Counted from the first letter of the stretch, positions 49,401 through 62,864 are shown. The stretch is 64,000 nt of DNA from Eledone cirrhosa (GCA_964016885.1 OZ024740.1:143034001-143098000), one strand, 5' to 3'. Made by a program: numbers and translations. The notes: generated by a model not told the origin, from the sequence alone.

Positions 49401-51562
49401 TGGGTGTCTAAAAAGAAAGTATTTATGAGTATGATGATGATGATGGTAATGGTGTGATAGTTGTGGTGGTGGTGGTCAAGGTTGTCTTTCAGTCATTAAC
49501 CAACTAAGGATTTTTTGAAAACTAAATTGTCAATCAAACTAATGATATTTTATATAAATTGCCATATTTTCTGTGACTGACAGAGATAGATATTGGTTAA
49601 ATGCTGTTACTCTTTTACCTGTTTCAGCCATCCGGCTGAGGCCATGCTGGGGCACATATATATAAAGTCACTGACTCTTGTATTTACTTCTCTTGTGGAA
49701 CCAATTTATCATTTACTGTACTACATTAATAAATGTGTGTGTGTTTGTGAAGGAGAAGGAGAAATAAGAAACTATCCAGAGTTGATTGTAAAATTGCTAT
49801 AATTGGATTGTGCGCATGTGTATTTGTATGTCTATATGCGTGTATATATATATATGTTATGATAGTAATAATTATGATGATGATATATTCATGTAAAAGT
49901 CAAATTTTTTTCAATTATGTTTTTAGGTTAAATCTATGGGGTCGTCTATTACATGGATACTACTTCCAAAAGGCTGAATTTCCACTACAGTCCAAAATAC
50001 CATATCAATAAGCAGAGGTCCAATGGGACTATAAATGAATAAAAATAAAACAATGGATTATAATAACACTACCAATATTTCTATGCATAAAAACACACTT
50101 CATACTACCATAAAACATAAATAAGGCCAGTAGCTCTTAGAAATATTTCTACTTGCATACATCAGAACATAATAGCCTATTAAAATTAATTTTCTCATCA
50201 TAACATTTATGTTCACAAATATTGATTTGTTGTCCATGAAGAACTAGGGTTGACTTTTACATGAGTATATATGGTATATATGGAAGCGAGAGAGAGGAAT
50301 GGAGTCAATTTTTATATTTGGACTCATCATAAATTGACTAGGAAACTGTCAGAAGTCAAAATTGTCCTAAAATCATGTAAAATGTCAGCAAGTATATTTA
50401 CTTTTCTATAAACTGCAACCAGACAACCTCATATTGTGAAACACTGCACTGTAAGCTCAACTTCAGATGGAGTTACTTGTGCAGCAAGCTGATATTTTAG
50501 CATGGAAAACGGTTCTTTGTTTTTTGGGGAGGAATTTTTTGTTTTCTTATTTTCCTATTCATTTCAGTTTCTTATGTCTGTAAATATGGAGAGAGAAACT
50601 TGAATGCTGATGCTTCATTTTTCATTTCTTAGCTGGATTCTAAAAGATGGTGATAATGGGTTTTGTGATATATTTACAATTTATGTCTTGATTTGGAAGA
50701 AAAATTCAATAGATTTATTAATAAAAATACATAAAACACCTTCTGAACAAAGTGTTTGTTTCATTTGTTCCTGCTAACTCGAGAGTAGATTAGTAGGAAA
50801 TCTCCATCTCTATTCTAGGGTCTTCTGCTAATCAACTTCCCTTAAAACTGCAGCTAGATTAGGATATCTAAGAGCTTGCTTTCACATTTTTTTTTTACTG
50901 TAATGGTGAAATAAAAATCCTGGCTATATACTCATTTGGTTTATGTTGCTAGTTCATAATTTGTTACAGAACATCATTATCATTTATCGTACAGTTTTCC
51001 TCCTAGCAAGCGTTGTTACAGACCTCTCAGATGACTTTTGCTTTATCAGCTTGTCTTTTGTTATTCTCATGACTTCCACAAATTATCTGAAGATTTGAAT
51101 GTAGTTTCAAATCCAATATTTGATGAAATAGATAATTATATTATAGACAAACAGAGCCTTTTGATTCCAGATTCGGGCGATCTGTTCAATTTCTCTGTTT
51201 TTGCTGAGGACTTTTCTAACATGCTAACTACATTATCTGTGGTATAACTCAATTTATCCAAAAATAATCTCAACCAAACAACAACCAAGACCTCCTGTAA
51301 TCACATCATCATTCTCGCATTGAATATCTCATACATTAAATCGCACATTCTTTTCATTTAATTCCATACCGGTTATGTATGTATAATGTATGGTGAGTGG
51401 ATTTAAATGGAAAATTAGCTACAAATCCAGCCCAAAGCTGTAAAATTAAAAAAATAGATGCCAAAACGCAATATGGTTCATGTTGCTCTTTTCATTGAAG
51501 ATCGAAGCCAGTATCAGTAAAATCAGTAAAAAAGCATTAACAAATAAATACTCCACCACTAG

Positions 51563-51606
<44 letters not shown>

Positions 51607-51666
51607 GGCGTTAGGAAGGGCATCCAGCCTGTGTGAGCTAGACACAGTCACCTGACCCAACTTACC

Positions 51667-52010
51667 TCATCATCATCATCATTTCATTTTACGTCCGCTT
51701 TTTCCCTGCTTGCAAGGGTGGGACGGGAACTGATTCTGGCTTGATTTCTACAGCTGGATGCCCTTCCTAACACCAACCTCATTTACAGTGAGTGCTGGGT
51801 GCTTTTTTGCCGTGGCACCTCCAGGACCACTTTGCAGTGGAATGATAGGGACCCCAGTCCCTATCATCTCATTTCTACAGCTGAGTAAACTGGAGCAATG
51901 TGAAATAAAGTGTCTTGCTCAAGGAAACAACACATCACCCGGTCTGAGAATTGAACTCACAACCTTTCGATTGCAAGGCCAATGCTCTAACCACTAAGCC
52001 ATGTGCCTCC
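51667..52010 (-). mobile_element. SINE S1 full-length copy inserted in an RTE tail remnant
   Basis: Reverse complement of 328-672. Flanks 51607-51666 and 52011-52072 join into one RTE-type tail. Confidence 0.9.
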
Positions 52011-52879
52011 ATGGGACAACCCATCTAACCCATGCTAGCGTGGAAAAATGGACATTAAACGGTGATGATGATATATATATATATATATATAGAAAGCTAT
52101 TCAAAAGGCATAACTCCAAAATTAGTTTCAACTTCTTAGTCATTATACCCCCTTCTATACACCCCATACACCTACCCACTTCTGTCCAAACTATCCTTAC
52201 ACTGTAAAGTTATGTTGGTATCACAATAAAAAAGCATCCAGCCCACACCGTAAAGTGGTCGTCTGGGTGTTATGACAAAAAGCACCCAGCTCACACTGTA
52301 AAGTGGTTGTGTAGGTGTCACAACAAAAAGCACCCAGTACTCACTGTCAATGTGGTTGGTATCCCAAATCAGTTCTGTATGAGCAAGACATTGTCACCTG
52401 ACAGGCCTATCTCAATAGGACAACTCGTCTAATCCATACTAATGTGGAAAAATGGACATTAAACAGCAATGATGATGATGTACATATATATAGTATCGCA
52501 TATATATATATCAAGTTTAATGTGGTTACACCCCCACCCCCCTCCAACTGAACCCGGGACTCACATATATATATAGAAGAAACAGAGGCTGCGTAGTTGC
52601 TGGATAAAGTGTATTTATAAATAAGAGGAAAGCCCGATCGGTGGATAATTTCCCTTCATCAGTTGACTGCTGGAGATCTGTGTATAACAGATACGAAGCA
52701 CTCACCAGATAATATTTATCTGGAGTATTATGATAATAATAGTAATAAACGAAAGATATAACTTTTATATCATCACTATTTATATACATATAAATCTAGG
52801 GAATGTAATGTCCAGTTACTGTAGGTTCAACAGTGCGAGGTTTCCAGTCGGTAAAGAGGTGTAGAACTAAGCAGAGTGT

Positions 52880-53060
52880 AATTATAATAATAATAAAAAG
52901 GACGATTTGTTATGTCTTCATTACGTTTATTGAGTAGTGACATGGGTTTCGCTATTGATCAGCTCAAGGTTCAGTCTGTATTAATCTAGCTTGACTCTGG
53001 AATCAAAAGCTTGTTGGACTTCTGCAGTGGTAATGATAGAATGAACCTGTAAGGCTTAAT
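52880..53060 (-). repeat. Left arm of diverged inverted pair (right arm 63460-63645)
   Basis: Reverse-complementary to 63460-63645. Both end CAATAAACGTAATGAAGACATAACAAATC..(TTA)n pointing outward. Confidence 0.8.
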
Positions 53061-53754
53061 TGGAAATCTTCATAAACTGCAGACACAAAAAACATACATT
53101 CTCCGCCATGGTATTCGGACATAAACCACAGACAGACCAAAACCTAACCACTTGAACACAAACAACAATAGGCACTTACACAACATCCTATTAACTTCCA
53201 CAATTATTATCATGTCTCATCAACTCTATCATTCATTACCATTGTTATTTTCATTAATATTATATTCTTTATCATGTCCCTCATTATTAAAGATATCATC
53301 ATGTATTCACCACATGAACATGCACTGCACACACCAGATACTCACATACATAACCAGCATCCTATTAATTACCACAATTAAGTTTCATTACTTTCATTTG
53401 TATCACCAATTTTATCATCGTTATTATCACTATTACATTTATTTCCTACTAGCAGTAAAGCCCGGCGTTGCTCGGGGTCGCTCAGTAGCTGTGTTAAAGT
53501 TACAATGTTAAGTTTCTTTCTTGGCTTAAAAACTGTAGTGTCTACTGTGCAGACTTGCATGTGGTGTTTTTGATTAATATTCCCTCAACCAACAATATGC
53601 CTTATGAAGTTAAGAAAACATAACGATAACCCGAATGTTATAACAAAAGAGGATGCTGGGGATAAAAACTGCACTGGTTATTTATTAACAAAGATCGAAA
53701 ATGTAAACACTGCAACGCAGAGAAAAACATTAGCGTAACCAAATTATCAGTTAT

Positions 53755-53917
53755 GTCTGTCTGCACGCCTATATCACCTCTCTGCACGACTGTCTGTCTG
53801 CACGCCTATATCACCTCTCTGCACGACTGTCTGTCTGCACGCGTATATCACCTCTCTGCACGACTGTCTGTCTGCACGCGTATATCACCTCTCTGCACGA
53901 CTGTCTGTCTGCACGCC
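53755..53917. repeat. 37-bp minisatellite inside Helitron B modules (also 60520-60650, 61383-61600, 61982-62272)
   Basis: Unit CTGCACGCCTATATCACCTCTCTGCACGACT(G/A)TCTGT. Confidence 0.92.
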
Positions 53918-55344
53918 TAACGAAATTTACAGATACATATATTTTAAATAAACTTATATAATTTTTGCTTTTTTTTACGAAATATTTGCTTGTTTTACGT
54001 AGTCTTTAAATAGACTTGTTTTCAAGTAAAAATATTGTTTTAAAAGGCTTTTAAATGGAAATGAAGCAAAACGGAAGCTTAGTGTTTGAACTGATGAAGC
54101 TGTGTTAAAGTTACAATGTTAAGTTTCTTTCTTGGCTTAAAAACTGTAGTGTCTACTGTGCAGACTTGCATGTGGTGTTTTTGATTAATATTCCCTCAAC
54201 CAACAATAGGCCTTATGAAGTTAAGAAAACATAACGATAACCCGAATGTTATAACAAAAGAGGATGCTGGGGATAGAAACTGCACTGGTTATTTATTAAC
54301 AAAGATCGAAAATGTAAACACTGCAACGCAGAGAAAAACATTAGCGTAACCAAATTATCAGTTATTTTGAAACAAAGAAATTGGATGGACATGAAGAACA
54401 AAAAAAAAAATGCGTTATCTGAAGTCGAGGGGCAGGCAGCATCAAATAGGTTTGCACTTGTGATAAAAAATATTGACAATGTAATAGCTCAGATGTTTAA
54501 GTATAAAGTATGAAGAGCTCATAACATACCCATGGTGAGTTTGACTGGCAGATTATAGACAGCCACAGCATGCGAAATGGATAGCTGCAGCAAAAGCCAT
54601 ATTCACCAAAAAGAATCACTAAAATCAACAAAACAGAAATGCTGCTTCCATTGCATCTTCAGGTGCAACTGAGAATGATGACGAAAGTTTACTTTGACGC
54701 ACCAGAAATGCTGTTGTCGCTTGTTGTCCATGTCGGAATGCATATTGAAACAATGAAAGAAATGACGGAAACAATCTGTGTATGTATGCGGCAAGTTGTG
54801 TGTGTCTACGTATTAAACGCCGGACTTGTCAGCGACTGGAGGGTGTCCTTAACAATCGAAAGCATCAATTCCAGAGTCCACTTTGACTTGCAAGCAATGC
54901 CGGGCCTATAGGTCTCGTGATGTGTCCTATGGTGTCAGAGGCGTTGTGCTTGTTAAGAAGTTGGCGTCATGTCGTCAGTTTCGAAGTTGCTGATGTCGCG
55001 TGTGTGTTAATGCATGAGCACGCATGTATGTCGTTCTTTTAACTGTGTGTGGGCGTATGTGTGGGTGCATATGATGGCGGTGTGTGCAAATACGAAGTGC
55101 GAATAAGTTTGTATATAGTTCTGTTGTTTGACATATATTTGTACAATGGTAGAAAATTCAAATGAGAAGTGATTCACTGTTGCATTGGTAACTGTAATTT
55201 ACTCTGCAAATGCACTGAAAGGTATGTCTAGGTGTCAATAGAATGCACTGCGTCAATGTTGAATAAGTCTCCTTTTTTCAGGTTTCGTAGATGCTATATA
55301 TTTAAGGCAGTTGGTGTAACATTGCCATTTTGAACATAAAAACT

Positions 55345-58300
55345 CTATAAAACCTCACGATATACAATATTCTTTGTTTTTCCATTTGGAGCAAAGGCAA
55401 AAAGGTTATTCCGGCTGCCAACTCGAGAACATCCAACGTAGAATTGTCCATGTGAGAAACATGGTTCCTCCAGGTGAAGTCCTGCAACAGATAAAGTCTG
55501 ACCCTGGGACTTGTTGATGGACATAGCAAAGGCAGCACGAAGGGGAAATTGAGTTCTTTTAAAAGAATAGGGTGCATCCACTCCTGATGTAGTAAGAGTT
55601 ACCATAGGTATTAAAACATCTTCTCCTTTTCCACACCCTGACATAATCGTAGCATAAATAATGTGCTGTGACATCCTATTGACAACAAGGCGTGTACCAT
55701 TGCAAAGCTTGGGAGGAGTTATATTCCTGAGAAGTATAACTGGACATCCTTCCTTGAGAGACAAAATATGTTGAGGTAGACCAGGAATGTCCAATGAATT
55801 GAGGAATTCAATGGGATAACTGACCGCATCATGTGGATCAACATTGGTATCAATAGACTTAAAAGTCATATCATTTCCAGGAAGACTTTCAAGCATTTGG
55901 CGATTAATGGCGGAGACAGTGACATTTGTAGGAGCTAATATAGCCCTCTCACACAGCCATGCATGATTGCGGTAATTATCTACCAAGCTGGGAAAAACGG
56001 CTGCCTTGAGATCTTCGACAGTGTTAACCAGACAGCATATATTGTCGAGTGCAATGTCTCTATGCACATCTGAAGGTACTTTGCCGTCGCCAAGAATGAG
56101 AAGGTCTTCAGCAAATTTTTCAGACACAGTATCGCCATGCAGTTGAATACGCATGTTAGTGGTCAGACGAAGTGTTGTTACCTGTTGCCACAATGGAGAA
56201 GACTTCAGGCAGGCCCGAACTTGATCCGCTCTGGTGCCCTTTGGAATAACCGGCAAAGTTTGTCGAAAGTCCCCTGAAAGCAAAAGAGTTACACCCCCCA
56301 TGGTCTCCTGACAGTCTCTAATGTCTTTTAGCGTTCTATCTAAGGCCTCAATAGCTCCTTTGTGAGCCATGGTACATTCATCCCACACAATCAGTTGGCA
56401 CCGCCGTAGCAGTTCTGCTCTGGGACTATCCTTGGTGATGTCACAGAGCGGTGTTTCAGCTGATACCAAGTTAAGCGGAAGCTTAAAGGTAGAATGTGCT
56501 GTCCTACCGCCAGGAAGTAGTGTTGCAGCAATACCAGATGATGCAACAGCTATTGCGATAACTTCATTCTGTCTAACTTTGGCAAGAATAAGTTTAGTCA
56601 CAAAGGTTTTTCCAGTGCCTCCAGGGGCATCAAGAAAGAAGATACCACCCGATCGATGAAATACATAATCAGTGATAGTGTTGTATGCTAATTGTTGATC
56701 AGGAAGTAGTTTTGATTCCATTTCAAACACATATCTAGCTAGAGCATCGACATCATAAGATGTTTCTTGGATGATGAGAATTGGAATTTTATTAGAATCA
56801 GTGCGGTGGGTTTGTGGAAGACCGTATGCTGGCAAGGCATTCCCACCCATAAGGAAAATCCTGTCCTCTATATCTATAAGCCCTTTATTGTATAAATCAT
56901 CACTGAAATCTATTTCTATGTCAGGAAGTAGTAGTTGAGCCTGGTGAAGGAAGTCCTCAGACAGTTGGTTCCGAAACTTCAACCATAATGTGTAGGGATC
57001 ACAAATGTTACATAAGTGAAGAAGCTTTGCAAAGACCTCTCGTAGGCTTCCAGCTGAGTGTGATGAAGCGATCTCCACCAACGTTGCATCCCACCGTGAG
57101 TCATCTTCAAGCATTCCACGAGCCAAACAGGCATCTCTGTATGTAGACCAAACACGATTACTGAAAGTTCTGAGGTCCTGAAAACTGGTCGGTCCTTTGA
57201 CCTCATGCAGTAGCATTCGAAGATAGAAGCAACTGTGTTGATTTGGAGGAATCGTATACACTCGCCCCAAGCAATTAGTGAATTTGATTCCAGGAACTCC
57301 AATAACTGGTTGGCCAGTCTTTCTGCGACACCATGTTTTTTTATTCCATGTGTAGTATGATGGCACCTGAGGATACAGCAATGATTTTGCGAACTCATCG
57401 TATTTGCACAGTTTGAAGAATCCAGTTAAAGTTGTCTCTCTTGGGGTCTGTGCTAATTCAGTGGCATTTTCATTGGTATAATACACCCGTTGACCGTGTT
57501 CTAGGTGTACATCTAATTTTACAATTGAAGGGTGCCTATCATGTATTGGAAAACCAAAGATTCGCCAAAAGGCCTCGCTACTACTTATGTATCGACCTAC
57601 TTGGAATTGTGTTACTTCGTCTCTATTGTTTTCGTTGAGTATACATACCGAACGAAGCAGCGTCAGAACCTTTATTAACATACTTACATATGTATTTGAT
57701 GCACTTGACGGAGCTACAGAATTCAACATTAATGTGTGCGTTGAAAGTACTGAGCAGGAGTGGACAATAGGGAATGATCCATCTGTTGTCAACCTCGCCA
57801 TTCTTAACCCTAGCCGTAAAACCTCCATCTTCAGGTCGCCTACGTCTATATAATGGGTAGCCATCATTGCCAGTCTGAGTATCGCGAATAAATTGACGGG
57901 GAAATTTTTTAGTGCATCTTTTATTGCCTGTAACGCATGGTAAGTCGGTTCTAAAGCCAGGCCCACATGGACCATGCACCATATGTGCCCTAACTTTCAT
58001 GTACAAGTCCTTGTCAGTGGAAGGATCTGGTAATTCTGCAGAGATGATCCTGTCAATGTCGTTAGAACTAACCTTTGTTGTCAGCCAAATAAGAATATGA
58101 GCATGGGGGAGGCCCCTTTTTTGCCATTCGATTGTGTACATGTCACATTGAACTGGTCCGAAAACCTCACCTAATTTCATAAGATCCATAAGCTTAAGTA
58201 ACTTAAGACGGAATACTCTAGCTGCGAGATCATGTCGGCGTGTGGCGTTGTGACCAGGAAGGAGTTCGTCCTCAATCTCCTTCCAATTGGGGTTACATGT

Positions 58301-60122
58301 AAAAGTTATGAATAAGTCTGGCCTACCGTAATGTCGTACAATTGTCATGGCGTCCTGAGTCCTTTCATGCATATATCGAGGGCTTCCCGTGAAGGTAGAC
58401 GGCAGAATGCATACTTTTCCAAGACTCTCAGGATCCGCATCATTGTTCATTCCATCCCGAAGGTGTGTGTAGCTGTCACAACGCAACTTTTTTTGATTGA
58501 GTTTGATAAAACACAATCTCTCTGATTCCATTTTTGCACACATGTCAGTTGCATACTGGTTGAAAAGGTCTTGAGAGCGGTGGAGGTGATTAAATCAGTC
58601 ATCTCGGATCATGAATCGAAATGCATAGAAGTCCTTGCATGAAACTGTTTTGGTAGAATGAACCTCTGAATTGGTAGAGTTACATTGTGGAATGCCAAAA
58701 TGGTATCCATCCTCTCCATATACAAAAAGCAGTGGGTATTGGAGTGCGTCGTATGATCTGTGTGTTTCACTGATCCGTTGAAGTCCGTGGTCGCGATGCT
58801 TGATAACAATGTCACGTTTGTTGTGCTGATCACCAGCGAGAAGTATCGCAACCTCATTCAAAGAAGGTGAATTATAGCGGCCTGCATGTTCTCCAGATGG
58901 CCGCTTGTCAGCATCAATGACAACATAGTAATTATCAACAGGAACTGTTTCTAATGCATATTTAAAGCTCTGAACATAGCTGTTGTGACTATGAAGCATG
59001 TCTTGAAGTTCAAAAAGGAGCTCCTGTCTAGTGTCATAGGCAATTGAATATTTCCTTGTTGCTTGTGGACAGTCAGTTAAGTTATTTGTTTTTTTCTTTT
59101 GGGAAGGCAAATGTATTTCGCCTTGTAGCTTGTTGAAGGCAGTTGGACATGAAGTAGACCTGGAGAATTCGGGGCTCTTTATTATCTACAGGCTCCAGTG
59201 ATCCGATAAGATGATAAACCTGACCTTGAACTTTGAAAGTGGGCATAAATCCACCTTCATATTCATAACTCGATCCAAAAGATGTCATTTGGAAGGCACA
59301 ATTATAATGTCGAATATCTAGAAGGAAAGCTCTGGAGAGTGAATGGGTGCCTGTAAGAAGAAGCCTCAATGGCTGTGGTGGATCTCTAGGAGGGTGCAAG
59401 TTGACCATACCATTAGAGCAGCACATTCCGGCTGGTTCGCCCGGCCACTTTTTAGCTTTGCAAAACTGGCAAATTCCAGACATGTCACCAATTTGAATAT
59501 GAAGGTGTGTAGCATAATTATTAGCGGGGACATAATTGAAAGCCTTCAATGACCACCGTGATTTCGCAGCCCTCGAAATACCCCGCTTATTGGCTTTAAA
59601 CTGAAAAACACCCCCCAGTCGAATACTTCAGTTACCTGCTGTCTCCGCTTCTCGCGCAGCTGCAGTAGCAACCGCATCTCTGCCCTGACGAAGTATACGT
59701 TCAATAGCATTCTCTGCAGCTCGAACAGTTGCAGTAACAGCCGCATCTCTGCTTTGACGGAGTTTACGTTGAACATCATTCTCTGCAGCTCGCGTAGCTG
59801 CTTTTGCCGTTGCATTTCTTGCAAGCTGAGTTTGACGTTCCACGTGTTTCACTGCAGCACATAAGGATGCAGTTGAAGAAGCATTTCTGGTGCGTCGGAA
59901 TAAACATTCGTCATAATTCTCAGTTGCCTGTGAAGGTGCAATGGAAGCAGCATTTCTGTCCTGTTGACTCAAGCAACGCTCATCGATAGACAGAGCTGTT
60001 GTATTCACTGAACACCCCGCTATTTCAGGCTGTCTAATGCTCGACGACACCTCAGTCAGCCTCCTTCTTTTTGTTATCTGAGACCGCGTCAGTCGTAATA
60101 AGGGTGTCCTTTTTTTAGGCAT
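55345..60122 (-). pseudogene. Helitron RepHel, full length but with two in-frame stops and two frameshifts
   Basis: C..C.AKKW..E..GMCC..G, YNCAFQMTSFG, SYDALQYPL, LPSTFTGSPRYM, DLFITFTCNP, IEWQKRGLPHAHIL, HGPCG, KYICKY, DAPGGTGKT, VWDEC.M, GDFRQTLPV, CNGTRL, NKSQGQT, FSHGQ.YV..SRV. Stops at 59628-59630 and 58595-58597; shifts near 59095 and 57640. Confidence 0.96.
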
Positions 60123-61077
60123 CAGGGTGGTGGGCACGATTGAAACCTAAAACAAACAATCCCTCCATTTCGTCAAGATAAAATGAAATTAAAGTAAATT
60201 CAGCCTTATAAGACCGTAAAATTAATTTAAGTAGAAGGCCTAACCGCCAACGCCATAGTGAAATCAACCAACTTATACTGAAAATAATCCAAACGTTTAA
60301 TAGGGAAAGTTTGCTAAACGTCGTAATAAAAAAATAAATATCAATAACTTACGAAGTAATGAACTCGCCGAACTTTTAAAGCGTTGTAGCATACAAAGGC
60401 AGTACAGTGCAAATGAAGCTATTAAACAAACTGGAGATTCCAATTCACTCTACTAAAGATTTACTTAATCGTCTGCACATTCGCTAATCGTCTGCTCATT
60501 CCATAAAAGGGAAATAATCGCCTATATCACCTCTCTGCATGACTGTCTGTCTGCACGCCTATATCACCTCTCTGCACGACTATCTGTCTGCACGCGTATA
60601 TCACCTCTCTGCACGACTGTCTGTCTGCACGACTGTCTGTCTGCACGCCTAACGACGAAATATTTGCTTGTTTTACGTAGTCTTTAAATAGACTTGTTTT
60701 CAAGTAAAAATATTGTTTTAAAATGCTTTTAAATGGAAATGAAGCAAAACGGAAGCTTAGTGTTCGAACTGATGAATTTTGCAGGTCAATATTTTGCTGG
60801 CTCGACAACTGTTCGTGTATTGTAATTTTTTACGTAAGACGCTCAATGTAAACAGAACAAAGGGAAATAACTGATCACTTACGCTCAAAAATCGATACAT
60901 TATATTCGATTTCGTCACATAGGGCGGGTCAATTTGAAATTTTTTTTTTCCGATGTCTTCGCTAGGGCTCAATGTACAAGTATAGCAATTTCGGTGCAAT
61001 TCTGTGAGAGATTCTAAGAGGAGATGTGTGCCGAAAATCGATAGACAGACAGACAACCACAGTTTTATATATATAGA

Positions 61078-62864
61078 CTAGCAGTAAAGCCCGGCGTTGC
61101 TCGGGGTCGCTCAGTAGCTGTGTTAAAGTTACAATGTTAAGTTTCTTTTTTGGCTTAAAAACTGTAGTGTCTACTGTGCAGACTTGCATGTGGTGTTTTT
61201 GATTAATATTCCCTCAACCAACAATATGCCTTATGAAGTTAAGAAAACATAACGATAACCCGAATGTTATAACAAAAGAGGATGCTGGGGATAGAAACTG
61301 CACTGGTTATTTATTAACAAAGATCGAAAATGTAAACATTGCAACGCAGAGAAAAACATTAGCGTAACCAAATTATCAGTTATGTCTGTCTGCACGCCTA
61401 TATCACCTCTCTGCACGACTATCTGTCTGTACGCCTATATCACCTCTCTGCACGACTATCTGTCTGCACGCTTATATCACCTCTCTGCACGACTGTCTGT
61501 CTGCACGCCTATATCACCTCTCTGCACGACTATCTGTCTGCACGCCTATATCACCTCTCTGCACGACTATCTGTCTGCACGACTGTCTGTCTGCACGCCT
61601 AACAACGAAATATTTGCTTGTTTTACGTAGTCTTTAAATAGACTTGTTTTCAAGTAAAAATATTGTTTTAAAATGCTTTTAAATGGAAATGAAGCAAAAC
61701 GGGGTCGCTCAGTAGCTGTGTTAAAGTTACAATGTTAAGTTTCTTTTTTGGCTTAAAAACTGTAGTGTCTACTGTGCAGACTTGCATGTGGTGTTTTTGA
61801 TTAATATTCCCTCAACCAACAATATGCCTTATGAAGTTAAGAAAACATAACGATAACCCGAATGTTATAACAAAAGAGGATGCTGGGGATAGAAACTGCA
61901 CTGGTTATTTATTAACAAAGATCGAAAATGTAAACACTGCAACGCAGAGAAAAACATTAGCGTAACCAAATTATCAGTTATGTCTGTCTGCACGCCTATA
62001 TCACCTCTCTGCACGACTATCTGTCTGCACGCCTATATCACCTCTCTGCACGACTATCTGTCTGCACGCGTATATCACCTCTCTGCACGACTATCTGTCT
62101 GCACGCGTATATCACCTCTCTGCACGACTATCTGTCTGCACGCCTATATCACCTCTCTGCACGACTGTCTGTCTGCACGCCTATATCACCTCTCTGCACG
62201 ACTGTCTGTCTGCACGCCTATATCACCTCTCTGCACGACTATCTGTCTGCACGACTGTCTGTCTGCACGCCTAACGACGAAATATTTGCTTGTTTTACGT
62301 AGTCTTTAAATAGACTTGTTTTCAAGTAAAAATATTGTTTTAAAATGCTTTTAAATGGAAATGAAGCAAAACGGGGTCGCTCAGTAGCTGTGTTAAAGTT
62401 ACAATGTTAAGTTTCTTTTTTGGCTTAAAAACTGTAGTGTCTACTGTGCAGACTTGCATGTGGTGTTTTTGATTAATATTCCCTCAACCAACAATATGCC
62501 TTATGAAGTTAAGAAAACATAACGATAACCCGAATGTTATAACAAAAGAGGATGCTGGGGATAAAAACTGCACTGGTTATTTATTAACAAAGACTGAGAA
62601 AGCCAGCGTAATTTTTTACGTAAGACGCTCAATGTAAACAGAACAAAGGGAAATAACTGATAACTTACGCTCAAAAATCGATACATTATATTCGATTTCG
62701 TCACATAGGGTGGGTCAATTTGAAATTTTTTTTTTCCCGATGTCTTCGCTAGGGCTCAATGTACAAGTATAGCAATTTCGGTGCAATTCCGTGAGAGATT
62801 CTAAGAGGAGATGTGTGCCAAAAATCGATAGACAGACAGACAACCACAGTTCTATATATATAGA
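61078..62864 (-). mobile_element. Non-autonomous derivative of Helitron B, made of ~600-670-bp tandem modules
   Basis: Same 5' end (TCTATATATATAGAAC at 62864) and same 3' hairpin plus CTAG at 61078. Module starts at about 61103, 61701 and 62373. No ORF. Confidence 0.92.

Larger units (their letters stand above)
53449..61077 (-). mobile_element. Helitron B, complete termini
   Basis: Minus-strand 5' TCTATATATATAAAAC at 61077. 3' hairpin CCCGAGCAACGCCGGG then CTTTACTG-CTAG ending at 53449, followed by T. Confidence 0.92.

Noticed and set aside
52620-52675. Hammerhead at minus-strand CTGATGAAGGG
   Set aside because: No GAAA after a closed stem II and no cleavage triplet with stem I. At most a broken remnant.
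57640-57975. N-terminus of the 876-aa ORF as real protein, or a host PIF1 gene
   Set aside because: The first ~110 aa are the off-frame reading of the Rep domain. The helicase is fused to Rep within Helitron termini.
59598-59640. Small intron removing the RepHel in-frame stop
   Set aside because: The GT..AG candidate is about 35 nt and would shift the frame. A nonsense mutation is simpler.
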